A DNA stretch of 64,000 bases from a bacterium. Its GTDB lineage: Bacteria; J088; JAWLBW01. Shown here one piece after another: positions 52,537-62,990 of the stretch. A program made the position numbers and the translations under genes. A model generated the notes under the pieces. That model did no database searches. It was given only the letters and a program-made list of their open reading frames with translations, and had not been told where the DNA came from. Location of the stretch: positions 1 through 64,000 of the forward strand of contig JAWLHK010000026.1 of assembly GCA_041690355.1 (NCBI GenBank), read 5' to 3'. The stretch's first letter is position 1; the number at the start of each line of letters is the position of its first letter.

Positions 52537-55260
52537 ATGAATACGAGCGTTCCTTCTCTCCGACGGCTGCGGAGCCTGCTGCTGGTTCCGCTGGTTTCCT
52601 TCTGGGCGGCCTGCGGCGAACCCGACGAGGCGCCGGCGCCGGTCTCCTCGAAGGTTTTCGAACCTCTCGAGACCCGGGACGTCTGGCGCCTGCCCGGGCT
52701 CCAGGGGCGCGTCGAGGTCGCCCGGGATCGCTACGGCATCCCCCACCTCTACGCCGAAAACCTGCACGACCTCATGTACGTGCAGGGGTATGTCGTGGCG
52801 CGCGACCGATTCTGGGAGATGGACATCCTGCGGCGTATCTCGCTGGGGAAACTGTCGACGCTCATCGGCCTCGCGCCGATCCTCATCGACTTCGACGAAC
52901 TGTTCCGCGCCATCAACCTCACCGAGCGCGGAACGCTGGTCTACGACGAGGTCTACGCCACGACAGAGGGAGAAGACAAGGTCGCCCTCGACGCCTACGC
53001 GGCCGGAGTCAACCTCTACCTCGAGCATGCCGCCACGGGAAAGTACGGCGCGCGATTCCCGCCCGAGTACAACGAGCTGCTCTTCGGCCTGCTGCAGCAG
53101 CCGACCCCCGCCGACATTCCCCGCTGGGAGCCGCGCGACACGCTGGCGGTCGGCCGGTTTCAGCAGTTCAACCTCTCGGCAAGCAATTACGCACAGGAGC
53201 TGCGGATCGGCGACCTGCTGGCGACCATGGGGGCCGAGCATCCCGACTGGGCCGAAGCCCTGATCCGCTTCCGGCCGGCGGTGACCCAGGCGACCCTGTC
53301 CGACTGGGCCGGGGTGGAACCGGGGGTGGCCGCCGCCCCGGGACTCAATCCCCGGTCCCCGCAGAACAGGGCACTGTCGCCGGCCGCGGCCGCCGACGCC
53401 GCAATCTCATCGAACGCCGTGCGCACGCTGCTCGTCCGCCTTGATGAGATGCGCACCCAGTTCCCCCTGCTTTCCTGGACCGACTACGGCTCGAACAACT
53501 GGGTCGTCGGCCCCGACCGGTCCGCCAGCGGACACGTGCTGGTCGCCAACGACCCGCACCTGATCGTCACGAACCCGCCGCTCTTCTACCAGGTGCACCT
53601 GAACACGAAGGTGTTGGGGGGCGACGACGGCCTGAATGCCTCGGGGGTCGTCTTTCCGGGCATTCCCGTCTTCATGATCGCGCACAACGAATCCGTCGCG
53701 TGGGGCGTGACGGTGCTCGGCTACGACGTGGCCGACATTTATCGGGAACAGGTGCTGGGCGACGGCACGGCCGTGCGGCGGGGTGCGACTTCGGTCCCGA
53801 TCATGGCGAGCCAGCAGTTCTACTGCGACGGCTACAGCGATACCTGCCTCATGCGCCCGCTCAAGTACGTCCCCGGCCACGGCCCGGTCATCGAAGAAGA
53901 GGGCAACGAGCTGCTCACGCTGCGGTGGACCGGCATGGAGCCGACCGGCGATCTGACCGCCTTCCGTAAACTCGCCTACGCGAAGAACGTCGACGAAGCC
54001 TTCGAGGCCATCCGCGACTTCCGCGTCGGGGCGCAGAGCTTCGTCCTCGGCGACGTCGAGGGGAACATCGGGTATTTCGGCAGCGCCAACGTTCCGATCC
54101 GCGATCCGCGGTGCGCGCAGCCCCCGTGGATTCCCCTCGACGGCGCCTCGGGGCTCTGCGAGTGGCAGGGGTATCTGCCCGACGAACTCCTGGTGCAGAC
54201 GAAGAACCCTGCGCAGGGATACGTGGCGACGGCGAACAACGACATCGTCGGCACGAGTTTCGACAACGATCCGCTGAACGACTACCGCGACGGCACGCAG
54301 CTCTACTACTGGTACACCCGCGACGCCGGTTTCCGCGCGGGGCGCATCCACGAGCTGCTCGACGCGAAAGAGAAACACACCCGCGAAGACATGGCGCGCA
54401 TCCAGGCCGACACCTTCTCGTTCGAGGGGCGCATGATGACGCCGCACATTCTCGCCGCGGCCTCGGCGCGCCCCGACCTGGTGTCGCCCGCCCTCGAGGA
54501 CGCCCTGGAGCGCCTGGCCGCGTGGGAATTCGGGACGCCGACGGGGATGCCCGATCCGTTCACCGACACGGTCCCCACTTCGGCGGAAGAGCGCGACAGC
54601 GTGGCCGCCAGCATCTACTACACGTGGATCCGCCTGCTGAAGGACCGGCTGATGGGCGACGAATACGCGCGCTACGGCCTGACGCCCCCGTCGGAGTCCG
54701 ACGGCTACGAACCGCTGGGCACCTTCCGCGCGGCCCTGCACGCGCTCGAGGATCCGTCTGCCTCGTTCCTCTTCGACGACATCCGCACGACCGGCCACAT
54801 TGAAACGCCCGCGGAAACGATTCTCGCGACCCTGGACGACACCGTCACGTGGCTGACGGAACGGTTCGGTACGGCCGATTCCGCAGCGTGGAAGTGGGGA
54901 GAACTGCACTACGTGCGCTTCTTCGACATCTACGGCTTTCTCGGCGCCAACGTGCGCGCCATCGGCCCCTTTCCCAACGACGGCAGCCTGGGGACGGTCG
55001 ATGCCGCGAGCTTCCTGTTCATGCAGGATTCCTACGTGCAGGTGGGCGGCCCGGTCATGCGCATGATTACGGAACTCGATCCCGACGGCGTGCGCAGCTG
55101 GAATGCCCTGCCGGGCGGTCAGGTGCACGACCGCTTCAGCAACCATTACGACGATCTGGTACCGTATTGGATGCAGAACCGGAATTACGAGGTGCCGTTC
55201 AGCCTGGACGACGTCCGCGCGAACCTCGAGCGCCTCACCATCGTTCTTCCTCCCGAGTGA
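52537..55260 (+). CDS. Penicillin acylase family Ntn-hydrolase, probable lipoprotein
   Basis: Lipobox-like [12 protein letters not shown]; catalytic GSNNWVV; ANDPHL; TANN; PGGQ. Confidence 0.9.
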   Translation: MNTSVPSLRRLRSLLLVPLVSFWAACGEPDEAPAPVSSKVFEPLETRDVWRLPGLQGRVEVARDRYGIPHLYAENLHDLMYVQGYVVARDRFWEMDILRRISLGKLSTLIGLAPILIDFDELFRAINLTERGTLVYDEVYATTEGEDKVALDAYAAGVNLYLEHAATGKYGARFPPEYNELLFGLLQQPTPADIPRWEPRDTLAVGRFQQFNLSASNYAQELRIGDLLATMGAEHPDWAEALIRFRPAVTQATLSDWAGVEPGVAAAPGLNPRSPQNRALSPAAAADAAISSNAVRTLLVRLDEMRTQFPLLSWTDYGSNNWVVGPDRSASGHVLVANDPHLIVTNPPLFYQVHLNTKVLGGDDGLNASGVVFPGIPVFMIAHNESVAWGVTVLGYDVADIYREQVLGDGTAVRRGATSVPIMASQQFYCDGYSDTCLMRPLKYVPGHGPVIEEEGNELLTLRWTGMEPTGDLTAFRKLAYAKNVDEAFEAIRDFRVGAQSFVLGDVEGNIGYFGSANVPIRDPRCAQPPWIPLDGASGLCEWQGYLPDELLVQTKNPAQGYVATANNDIVGTSFDNDPLNDYRDGTQLYYWYTRDAGFRAGRIHELLDAKEKHTREDMARIQADTFSFEGRMMTPHILAAASARPDLVSPALEDALERLAAWEFGTPTGMPDPFTDTVPTSAEERDSVAASIYYTWIRLLKDRLMGDEYARYGLTPPSESDGYEPLGTFRAALHALEDPSASFLFDDIRTTGHIETPAETILATLDDTVTWLTERFGTADSAAWKWGELHYVRFFDIYGFLGANVRAIGPFPNDGSLGTVDAASFLFMQDSYVQVGGPVMRMITELDPDGVRSWNALPGGQVHDRFSNHYDDLVPYWMQNRNYEVPFSLDDVRANLERLTIVLPPE

Positions 55261-55262
55261 GC

Positions 55263-55904
55263 ATGACCCCGACCAAACGCAAGCCCGCCGACCGCACCCG
55301 CCAGGGCGATACCCGCGAGCGCATCGTTCAGGCGGCCGAAGACGCCTTCGCCTACTACGGCTTCAGCGGCGCGAGCCTGCAGGACATCGCCGATCGCGTC
55401 GGCATCAAGAAGGCGTCGCTCTTCTACTACTTCAAGGGGAAGGAAGAGCTCTACGCCGTCACGATCCAGCGCGTCTTCAAATCGCTCGAAGAGATTCTCT
55501 TCCAGGCGATTCAGGACGAGCGGTCCGGCTTTCAGGAGCGCATCGCGCTCATGGTTGGCAACACGTTCGACCTGCTGGCCGAACACCCGAACTACGCCCG
55601 CATGCTCTACCGCGAGCTGATGGACAATGAAGAAGGGGTGACCGAGGTATCCGCGATGCTGTTCGGCCCGCTCATTCAGACGGCCTCGCAGTTTCTCGAA
55701 AGCGGCATGGAGCGCGGCGCCCTGAAGCGCCTCGACCCGATGCACTACCTGGTCTCGACGCTCGCCGTCATCACCTTCTACTTCATCTCGGCGCCGATGT
55801 TCGAGCCGCACTGGAAGACCGAGCTGCTGAGCACCAAGGCGATCAAGGAACGCCGCGAGCAGGTGATGACTTACATCCTGAACGCGATTGTCGCGGACCG
55901 CTGA
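55263..55904 (+). CDS. TetR/AcrR-family regulator
   Basis: GFSGASLQDIADRVGIKKASLFYYFKGKEELY. Confidence 0.93.
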   Translation: MTPTKRKPADRTRQGDTRERIVQAAEDAFAYYGFSGASLQDIADRVGIKKASLFYYFKGKEELYAVTIQRVFKSLEEILFQAIQDERSGFQERIALMVGNTFDLLAEHPNYARMLYRELMDNEEGVTEVSAMLFGPLIQTASQFLESGMERGALKRLDPMHYLVSTLAVITFYFISAPMFEPHWKTELLSTKAIKERREQVMTYILNAIVADR

Positions 55905-56009
55905 GCGCGCTCGGGCGCGCTCAGCGGCCATTCCTGATACCTGATTCCTGAGAAGCAAGCACACCCGAACTGGCCGCGGTATTCGGCGTCGAGCTTCGCG
56001 AGGACAGCC

Positions 56010-56220
56010 AGAATGCCGGGGCCCCCTGCAGCACGGCGCTTACCCCGCCGACCACGATGTACTCCACGGAAAGCGCCGAGAGGAGCCGCAGGAAACTAGG
56101 CACGGTCGTCACCACGCAACCTGAGAATGGCGGTGACCTGCTCCTAAAGCACCTGTAACCTTTCCATCGGCGTCAGCGACAGCATCCACTCAATCAAGGT
56201 CGTGTCGACACCCTGTCTCG
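56010..56220 (-). pseudogene. Remnant of two-gene nucleotidyltransferase-type TA-like module
   Basis: GVDTTLIEWMLSLTPMERLQVL* with in-frame TAG, then truncated EYIVVGGVSAVLQGAP. Confidence 0.6.
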
Positions 56221-56461
56221 GCGTAGTGTCGGGGCGTTCGTCCTGATCCGGCATTCAGGACATTATCCTGCGGCGCCGCACGAGGCTCGCAACCGGACCC
56301 GTGACGTAGACGAAGTCGGATGACATTCGTCCACGGCGCACTTACGCCATCGGTCCGGACTTTACCCCGACGCCCAGGAGGGGGCTGGGCAGACCCGTCG
56401 GCTTTCTGCGGGAAGACGCGTGTGCGCACTTCCCGCCGACCGGAAGGTAAGGCGACAGCAA

Positions 56462-56725
56462 CTACTTGCGGTTCGACGTCCTGGTCTGCACGGCGTCGCC
56501 GAGAGCCTTCAGCTGTCGCGACCATTTGTCGCTCAGCCGCTGGATGTCCTTCTTGATCTCGAGCGCCATCTTATCCAGCTGTTCGGCCAGCTGTTCGGCG
56601 GGGCCGTCCTTCGCCAGCATCTTCGAGACACGGGCCTCGACGTCACGCTCGATCTGCTTTACTTTGCGCACCGCCTTCGCTTCGGCCTGGCGGGCCTTGG
56701 TAACGGCTTTGCTGAGGGTTGCCAT
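56462..56725 (-). CDS. Small basic helical hypothetical protein
   Basis: ATG after GGAGG RBS; 87 aa; host-like codon usage. Confidence 0.7.
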   Translation of the reverse strand: MATLSKAVTKARQAEAKAVRKVKQIERDVEARVSKMLAKDGPAEQLAEQLDKMALEIKKDIQRLSDKWSRQLKALGDAVQTRTSNRK

Positions 56726-56761
56726 ATCGCCTCCTGGGTATGATGTTCTACCCCATTCCCA

Positions 56762-56778
56762 AGCGATCTCCATGCCAA
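56762..56778 (-). promoter_or_regulatory. Putative sigma54 promoter
   Basis: TTGGCAT-GGAGA-TCGCT, giving GG-N10-GC, ~35 nt upstream of the ATG at 56725. Confidence 0.55.
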
Positions 56779-57058
56779 GTACGGCTATCGAGCCCCGCGT
56801 GAACGGCGAGGCGTCTGGAAACGGGCCTGCGTGAGCATAACTGTATTTTTCCGATACACGCAAGGTCAAAGGCGCGCAAACCCGTCTGCTGCTTGCGGTG
56901 GCGGCCCGCGTGGAGCCTACGCAGAAACGCGGGAAAGAAGAGTTGGGGGGAAGGTTCCGGCTACGTGCGCGCGGAGGGATGCAACGCGCTCAGGCTCGTT
57001 CCGAACCGGGGTACGACGTGTCCTGGTCTGCACGGTGCCGCCAAGGGGTGGGCAACGC

Positions 57059-57406
57059 TCACCCTTGGGTCAACCAGGCCCCGAGACGGTTTCTGATACG
57101 CTGCAGTCTTTCGGCGCCGATATTTCCGATGGCGCCCAGAAGGATGTCCGAATTAATCACAGCAAGTCGAGCACAGCAGATCACGCTGGGAACATGTAAA
57201 CCGCTCTCCCGGAAATCGTCGTCGCGCTCCGTGAGGACTTCATCGAAATCAGGGATGGCATGCCGCAACTGGCTGGAGATCATGCAGATCAGCCGATCGT
57301 CATAGCCGCCGGGGAGCCTGGCCAGAAGGAGGGCGGGACGGAGCTTTCCGCTCGCCAGATTGGCGTGGGGAAACTGAAACAGTACGACCTGTCCCGCTTC
57401 CTTCAC
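57059..57406 (-). CDS. PemK/MazF-family toxin
   Basis: GQVVLFQFP, KLRPALL, ICMISS, SGLHVPSVI; ATGA overlap with the antitoxin. Confidence 0.88.
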   Translation of the reverse strand: MKEAGQVVLFQFPHANLASGKLRPALLLARLPGGYDDRLICMISSQLRHAIPDFDEVLTERDDDFRESGLHVPSVICCARLAVINSDILLGAIGNIGAERLQRIRNRLGAWLTQG

Positions 57407-57636
57407 TTGAAAAGGACTCTCAGGTCAGCAGAAGTATAGGCAGGTTCGTCTTCATCGGCCGTTCCTCGCAATGCGGAGTCCAGCGACAGTACTGTCCAGG
57501 CGTGACGTTCCTGGTCGTCGGACCTCCGCGACAGGAACTCGACAAAGTCAAGGACCTCAGATTGCAGCTCGACCGGCATGTCGCGCACCCTGCGCTGAAT
57601 CTGTTCGATCAAGGATGACTCTGGGTTGGTTGCCAT
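57403..57636 (-). CDS. DUF2281-like antitoxin
   Basis: MPVELQSEVLDFVEFL; acidic tail DEDEPAYT; upstream of the toxin. Confidence 0.8.
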   Translation of the reverse strand: MATNPESSLIEQIQRRVRDMPVELQSEVLDFVEFLSRRSDDQERHAWTVLSLDSALRGTADEDEPAYTSADLRVLFK

Positions 57637-57859
57637 GGCCTCATTCTACCCCGACTGCGCTCCTCGCGCACCGGGCATATCACACATCTCCAAGGGTGAC
57701 GCTGTGCGATGTGGCGGACCTTTGAGGGTCGATCTCCCCCACGGGCATTCACGACGCATTCAGGCCGTCGGTCCGGACTTTACCCCGTCGCCAGGAGGGG
57801 GCTGGGCGGACCCGTGGGCTCACTGCGGGAAGTGTCGTGTAGCGACGCAACGCCGGCGT

Positions 57860-58432
57860 TCAGGTACGTTCCGAACCGGCGTCCGACGTCCGGCGTCCGG
57901 CGTCCTCTCCCCGGTAGCGGATGACGCGGGCGGGATTGCCGCCGACGATGGCGTAGGGGGGAACGTCCTTCGTGACCACGGCGCCGGCGGCGATGACCGC
58001 TCCCGTGCCGATGCGCGTGCAGCCCGGCGTGATCAGGGCGCGCGCGCCGATCCATACGTCATCCTCGATGACCTGCTGCACCGGCTCGGCCGCCCCCTGA
58101 CGATTCATGGGAACGCTCGTGTCGTCGATGCGGTGGTTCTGGTTCAGGATGAGCACTTCGGGGCCCATCATGACGTCGGCGCCGATGCGGATGTTGTGCG
58201 GCAGGCGGCACTTGATGCCCAGCCCCGAGCGCGCGCCGATGCGCATCCCGCGCGCGGAACCGAAGTGTGCGCCGCGCTCGACGTTCACGCCCGCGCCGAC
58301 CTCATCCGCGGCCGCGCGCAGGCAGAGCCCCCGCAACGCTTTCCCCATGCGCCCCAGCGGGCCCAGCGAGTAGGACGCGGGAAGGCGGCGGGCGACGGCG
58401 TAGTAGACGACCAGTGCGGGAAGGCGGAGCAT
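57860..58432 (-). CDS. Hexapeptide-repeat sugar O-acyltransferase
   Basis: [40 protein letters not shown]. Confidence 0.9.
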   Translation of the reverse strand: MLRLPALVVYYAVARRLPASYSLGPLGRMGKALRGLCLRAAADEVGAGVNVERGAHFGSARGMRIGARSGLGIKCRLPHNIRIGADVMMGPEVLILNQNHRIDDTSVPMNRQGAAEPVQQVIEDDVWIGARALITPGCTRIGTGAVIAAGAVVTKDVPPYAIVGGNPARVIRYRGEDAGRRTSDAGSERT

Positions 58433-58819
58433 ACGTGGGGAACAGTATAGCAAGCGGGGGGCGGGGCACGGTAGTCCGGGCCGACGCCGGACGCCGGATA
58501 CAGGACGCCGGACGTCAGACGTCGGACGCCGGTGAAGCGGGTAAGGACAAGACATAGGTACCGCAAGAACTTGGAGAAGCAAGAGCGGACGCTGCTCGCC
58601 GACGCTCGCGGGAGGGACCAGAAAGGAAGACAACAAGAGGTCTTTCCCGCCAACCCAGGGCCCTGCCCTGGGCAAAAGGCCGTCGCCCCTTCAGGGCTCC
58701 GAGGTGGACGGAGGACCTTTCTCGCGGAGCTGGTACCGTCCGCGAAAAAACGAAGACCGGCAGGCAGGCGCGGTCCGCGTCCGTTCCGGCTCAGGAATCA
58801 AGAATCAGGAATCAGGAAT

Positions 58820-58855
58820 CAAAAAGGGGGACCCGCGTTCACGGATCCCCCCTTC
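58820..58855 (-). terminator. Intrinsic terminator of acyl-CoA dehydrogenase gene
   Basis: Hairpin ggggg-acccg...cgg-atccccc with T6 on the minus strand. Confidence 0.65.
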
Positions 58856-58876
58856 GTGGAATCAGGTTCCGATTGC

Positions 58877-60514
58877 TCAGGAGAGCGCGGCTTCGACCAG
58901 GCTCTTGGCGACGACGCGCAGGGCGAGCACTTCTTCGGCGCCCTCGAAGATCGAGAGCACGCGGGCGTCGACGAAGTAGCGGCTGACGTTGAACTCTTCG
59001 GCATAGCCCATGCCGCCGTGGATCTGCATGGCTTCGCGGGCGACCCACTCGGCCTGCTTACAGGCGAACAGCTTGACCATGCTCGACTCCATCTGGCCGT
59101 TCCCCTCGTCGACCAGGCGCGCGGCCTGGTAGGTGAACTGACGGATGACGTGAATCAGCATGGCCATGCGCGCGATCTTGTACTGCGTGAGCGGATAGTT
59201 GAACTCGGGCTGCCCGAAGATCTTGCGCTCCTGCGCATACGTGAAGCCCGCTTCGTAGGCCGCCTGCATGACCCCGAGCGCGCGCGCGGCGGTCTGGAGG
59301 CGGCCGCCGGCGAACCCGGCCATCTGCAGATAGAACCCCTTGCCGAGTCCCGCTTCGCCGCCCACGAGGTTCTTCTCGGGCACGAAGTAGTTGTCGAAGT
59401 TCACTTCGTAGGAGTGCATGCCGCGGTAGCCGAGCGTCGCGATGGCGCGGCCGCTGATCGATCCGCCTTCGGGCTGCTTGTACTCGAAGTCGTGCCCTTC
59501 GAAGACCGGCTTCTCGGCGAGCAGGATGCTGAGCCCCTTGTGCTTCGACTTCGGATCGGGATTCGTGCGGCAGAGCACGAGCAGCACGTTGGCGCGGCCG
59601 GCAAAGGTGCACCAGGTCTTCGTGCCGTTGATGATCCAGCCGCCGTCGGTCTTCGTCGCGGCGACCTTGAGGCCGGCCACGTCCGAGCCGAAGTCCGGCT
59701 CGGTCACGGCCACGCCGGCCATGACTTCGCCCGAGGCCAGCTTGGGGAGCCACTCCTGTTTCTGCTCTTCGGTTCCGCCCTTGAGCAAGGCCTTGGAGAG
59801 AATTTCGGGACGCGTGATCAGCGAACCGGCGGCGGCAAGCGAGCCGCGCGACAGCTCTTCGGTCACGACGACCATGCCGACGTTGTCGGTCTGGAAGCCG
59901 CCGTACTGCTCGGGAATGGCGATGCCGAACGTGCCCATCTCGGCCAAGCCCTGGATGATCTCTTCGGGAACCAGCAGGTCGTGACGGTGAATCTTCTCGG
60001 CCAGCGGCATGACCTTGTCGACGGCGAACTTGCGGAACGGGTCGCGGATCGCTTCCTGATCTTCGGTCAGCCCGAGGATCGCCGTCTTGCCCTCGGCCAG
60101 GTCCTTCGCGACCGTTTCGTACTGCTCGGGGGCGAGCCACTTGTCCGTATAGGCGCGCACAGCCGGCGCGTCGAGCGCGGCAGACAGCTGCTCGATCGTC
60201 ACGCCGTAGGCCTGCGGACGCGCGGCGACGCGGGTGCGGATGTTCTGCACCGTTTCGGCGAGAAACATGTGCGCGAAGGTCTCCTCCAGTTCCCCCTGGC
60301 GGCCGGCGCGCTCGACGAACGCGAACGCTTCGGACGCGGCCTGCACTTCGGCGACCATGTAGGCGTATTCGAAGGCGGCCAGCTGGTGGCGGTCGAGCTT
60401 GGCGACGGAAATCTGTCCATTGTCAGCGCTCGCCGAGGCCAGAAAGGCGCCGACGGCATCGCAGATTTTCTGGGCGGCATCCAGAGCGGGCTGGGCGTCT
60501 TGGGGAAGAGGCAT
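58877..60514 (-). CDS. Acyl-CoA dehydrogenase, long type resembling (2S)-methylsuccinyl-CoA dehydrogenase
   Basis: 545 aa with N-terminal extension; TEPDFGSD, LGYRGM, QIHGGMGYAEE, IFEGAEE. Confidence 0.85.
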   Translation of the reverse strand: MPLPQDAQPALDAAQKICDAVGAFLASASADNGQISVAKLDRHQLAAFEYAYMVAEVQAASEAFAFVERAGRQGELEETFAHMFLAETVQNIRTRVAARPQAYGVTIEQLSAALDAPAVRAYTDKWLAPEQYETVAKDLAEGKTAILGLTEDQEAIRDPFRKFAVDKVMPLAEKIHRHDLLVPEEIIQGLAEMGTFGIAIPEQYGGFQTDNVGMVVVTEELSRGSLAAAGSLITRPEILSKALLKGGTEEQKQEWLPKLASGEVMAGVAVTEPDFGSDVAGLKVAATKTDGGWIINGTKTWCTFAGRANVLLVLCRTNPDPKSKHKGLSILLAEKPVFEGHDFEYKQPEGGSISGRAIATLGYRGMHSYEVNFDNYFVPEKNLVGGEAGLGKGFYLQMAGFAGGRLQTAARALGVMQAAYEAGFTYAQERKIFGQPEFNYPLTQYKIARMAMLIHVIRQFTYQAARLVDEGNGQMESSMVKLFACKQAEWVAREAMQIHGGMGYAEEFNVSRYFVDARVLSIFEGAEEVLALRVVAKSLVEAALS

Positions 60515-60573
60515 GGGTTTCTTCCAGGTAAAGCAGGGTTAAGGAATTCGAATGCGCGGAAAAGTTCCGCGTG

Positions 60574-60618
60574 AAAAAAAGAGCCGCCCCGGCGGAAAAG
60601 GGTTCCGCGGGGCGGCCG
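60574..60618 (-). terminator. Intrinsic terminator after CitE-like gene
   Basis: gccgcccc...ggggcggc hairpin with T7 on the minus strand. Confidence 0.65.
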
Positions 60619-60623
60619 TGGAA

Positions 60624-61622
60624 TCAGACCGGCTGCGCCAGCCAGCCCTTGACCTCTTCGGGAAGGGCCAGGCCAGAAACGTGGGCGCGCTGCACCAGCT
60701 CCCAGAAGTAGCGGTAGGTGGCGCGATCGTGCAGGTCGCCCTTGTACTGAATCGGGCCCCAATTGACCTTCTGGGCCTCGATGAGAATCTGGGCGCCGTC
60801 CTGCACTTCGGAGTAGTCGGGCTGCATGGCCGCGACGATCGAATCGATCTGCAGGGGATAAATCGACCACATGCGCAGGAAGCCGAACTCGTTACGGGCG
60901 CGGCTGGCGTCCTGGTAGGTCTGGTAGACGTTCTTGAGGTCGAGCGTCACGTTGTGGGCCGGGATGACGCCGTTCGTGAGCGCGGCGGCGACCATCTCGC
61001 TCTTGGCGCGATGGAGCAGGGCGTGGTCGAACTGGCCCGGGCTCTTCATGGCCGAGGCGGGGATGGCGCCGTGGTGGCCCGAGATGAAGTCCATCAGACC
61101 GAAGTCGAGCACCTGCAGCCAGGGAAGCTTGGCGATGTCCCAGACTTCGTGCAGCGCGCCGTGCGTTTCGATCAGCACGTGGATGGGAATCTCACGCTTG
61201 ATGCCCGCCTTGGCGGCCGTCTTCTGGATGTAGTCGATGACTTCGGCGACCTGGGCGGCCTTCGTGGGCTTCGGGATCGTGATGTAGGCGAGCCGCTCGC
61301 CGGCGCCGGGAACGAGGATGTCGACGTCCTGCTTCCACAGGGCGTGTTCGGGATCGTGGATGCGCACGCCGGCCTGGTTGCGCTTGTTCAGGTCGCTGTT
61401 GACCATGCGCACGACCATCTCGGCATGCTCTTTCTCCTTGCCGGCCTGCGCGCCGTCTTCACAGTCGCAGGTGATGTCGAAGACGCCGCCCTTCTTGTCC
61501 TGCAGTTCGAGGGCTTTCGTGATCAGCTTCTCCGAGCCGGCGAAGTGCTCGCAGGCGGGGATGATCGGGAAGGGCTTTTCGCCTTCGAACAGGGCGTCGT
61601 TGGGATGAATCAGAGCGCTCAT
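60624..61622 (-). CDS. HpcH/HpaI aldolase-citrate lyase (CitE/malyl-CoA lyase-like) protein
   Basis: DCEDGA, GVRIHD, TIPKP, LIETHG, LDFGLMDF, WSIYP. Confidence 0.88.
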   Translation of the reverse strand: MSALIHPNDALFEGEKPFPIIPACEHFAGSEKLITKALELQDKKGGVFDITCDCEDGAQAGKEKEHAEMVVRMVNSDLNKRNQAGVRIHDPEHALWKQDVDILVPGAGERLAYITIPKPTKAAQVAEVIDYIQKTAAKAGIKREIPIHVLIETHGALHEVWDIAKLPWLQVLDFGLMDFISGHHGAIPASAMKSPGQFDHALLHRAKSEMVAAALTNGVIPAHNVTLDLKNVYQTYQDASRARNEFGFLRMWSIYPLQIDSIVAAMQPDYSEVQDGAQILIEAQKVNWGPIQYKGDLHDRATYRYFWELVQRAHVSGLALPEEVKGWLAQPV

Positions 61623-62037
61623 GGCAGAATCTCCGCGCGCAGGTCCGGGACCCGCGGTTCTGGTGGCAAGGTTACGTCGCAAAATCCGGGGCCATACCCG
61701 CTCGCGCGAGTCGGCCTTCGAAAACCGGGCAAAATGATTATTTTATCCGGGTCTGACGGGGTGCGTCAAACGTTTCTCCTCGTACCCGCGCGGGGGTTGG
61801 GCACTCTCCGACCTCATCGCTCCGGCCGTCAAAAAGGACCGGGCATTTCACGCGGAGCCGCGGAGACGCGGAGAGGAAATACTCAGCAGGAGCGCTTCTT
61901 TACATTCTGAAAGCGAGCCCTCACCCTATCCCGTAACCTCGTCCTGGCCGGATGATTTTCCTCAGAAAATGTCCTTGTTTCTCTCCGCGACTCCGCGGCT
62001 CCGCGTGGGATAGGCACTCCCCCACCTACGCGAGGAC

Positions 62038-62072
62038 AAAAAAAGACGCCGGGGGGATGTTCCCGGCGTCTG
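62038..62072 (-). terminator. Intrinsic terminator of htpX
   Basis: agacgccggg...cccggcgtct with a T-run on the minus strand. Confidence 0.75.
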
Positions 62073-62093
62073 GAATTCAGGCGGATACGGCGC

Positions 62094-62990
62094 TCAGCCC
62101 ATCGAGACCGGACCCATCTCGAGCCGGCGGATACGCTCCGCGAGCGGCGGGTGGGTCGAGAGCATCGCCATGAGGCGGCCCGGGTTCGAGATCTTGAGCG
62201 AGGCGACCGCGGCCTGCCGGTCGTCGACCACGGCGGGGCCGTTCGCCAGGGCGCGCAGGGCCGCGATCATCTTCTCGCGGCCGGCCAGGCGTGCGCCCCC
62301 TTCGTCGGCGCGGAACTCACGCCAGCGCGAGAAGAAGGCGATCACGAACATGCCCAGGAAGCTGAAGGCGATCTGCAGCACGATGACGGCGATGAGGTGC
62401 ACCATGAAGCGCGCCTCTTCGCGCACCTGCTGGCTGATGACCCACGCGATGATGCGGGCGAAGAACATCACGAAGGCGTTGACCACCCCCTGGATGAGCG
62501 TCATGGTGACCATGTCGCCGTTGGCGATGTGGGCGACCTCATGTCCGAGCACGCCTTCGACCGCGTCGCGATCCATGCGGTGCAGCAGGCCGCTCGAGAC
62601 GGCGACGAGCGAGCGGTTCTTTGTCGGCCCGGTGGCGAACGCGTTGACCTCGGGACTGTCGTAGACCCCCACCTGCGGCATCTTCTGCAGGCCGGCCCCC
62701 TGCGCGAGGCGGTAGACCGTCTGCAGCAGCGCCTGCGCCTGCGGATCGCGGGTTTCGGGGTCGATGACCTTGACCCCCATCATCCACTTCGCCATGATGC
62801 GCGACAGCGCCAGCGAAATGAAGGCGCCGCCCATGCCCCAGACGAGGCAGAAGATCAGCAGGGCTTCGTAATTGATCCCCTGCGCCGTCAGATAGGGCTG
62901 CACGCCCAGCAGCGACAGCACGATGGAGATCGTCGTGAGGACGAGAACGTTGATGGCGACGAACAGTGCGATGCGTTTCAGCATGGCCAT
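62094..62990 (-). CDS. htpX: Zinc metalloprotease HtpX
   Basis: NAFATG, GHEVAHIANGDMVTMTLIQGVVN, SRWREFRAD, STHPPL. Confidence 0.96.
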   Translation of the reverse strand: MAMLKRIALFVAINVLVLTTISIVLSLLGVQPYLTAQGINYEALLIFCLVWGMGGAFISLALSRIMAKWMMGVKVIDPETRDPQAQALLQTVYRLAQGAGLQKMPQVGVYDSPEVNAFATGPTKNRSLVAVSSGLLHRMDRDAVEGVLGHEVAHIANGDMVTMTLIQGVVNAFVMFFARIIAWVISQQVREEARFMVHLIAVIVLQIAFSFLGMFVIAFFSRWREFRADEGGARLAGREKMIAALRALANGPAVVDDRQAAVASLKISNPGRLMAMLSTHPPLAERIRRLEMGPVSMG

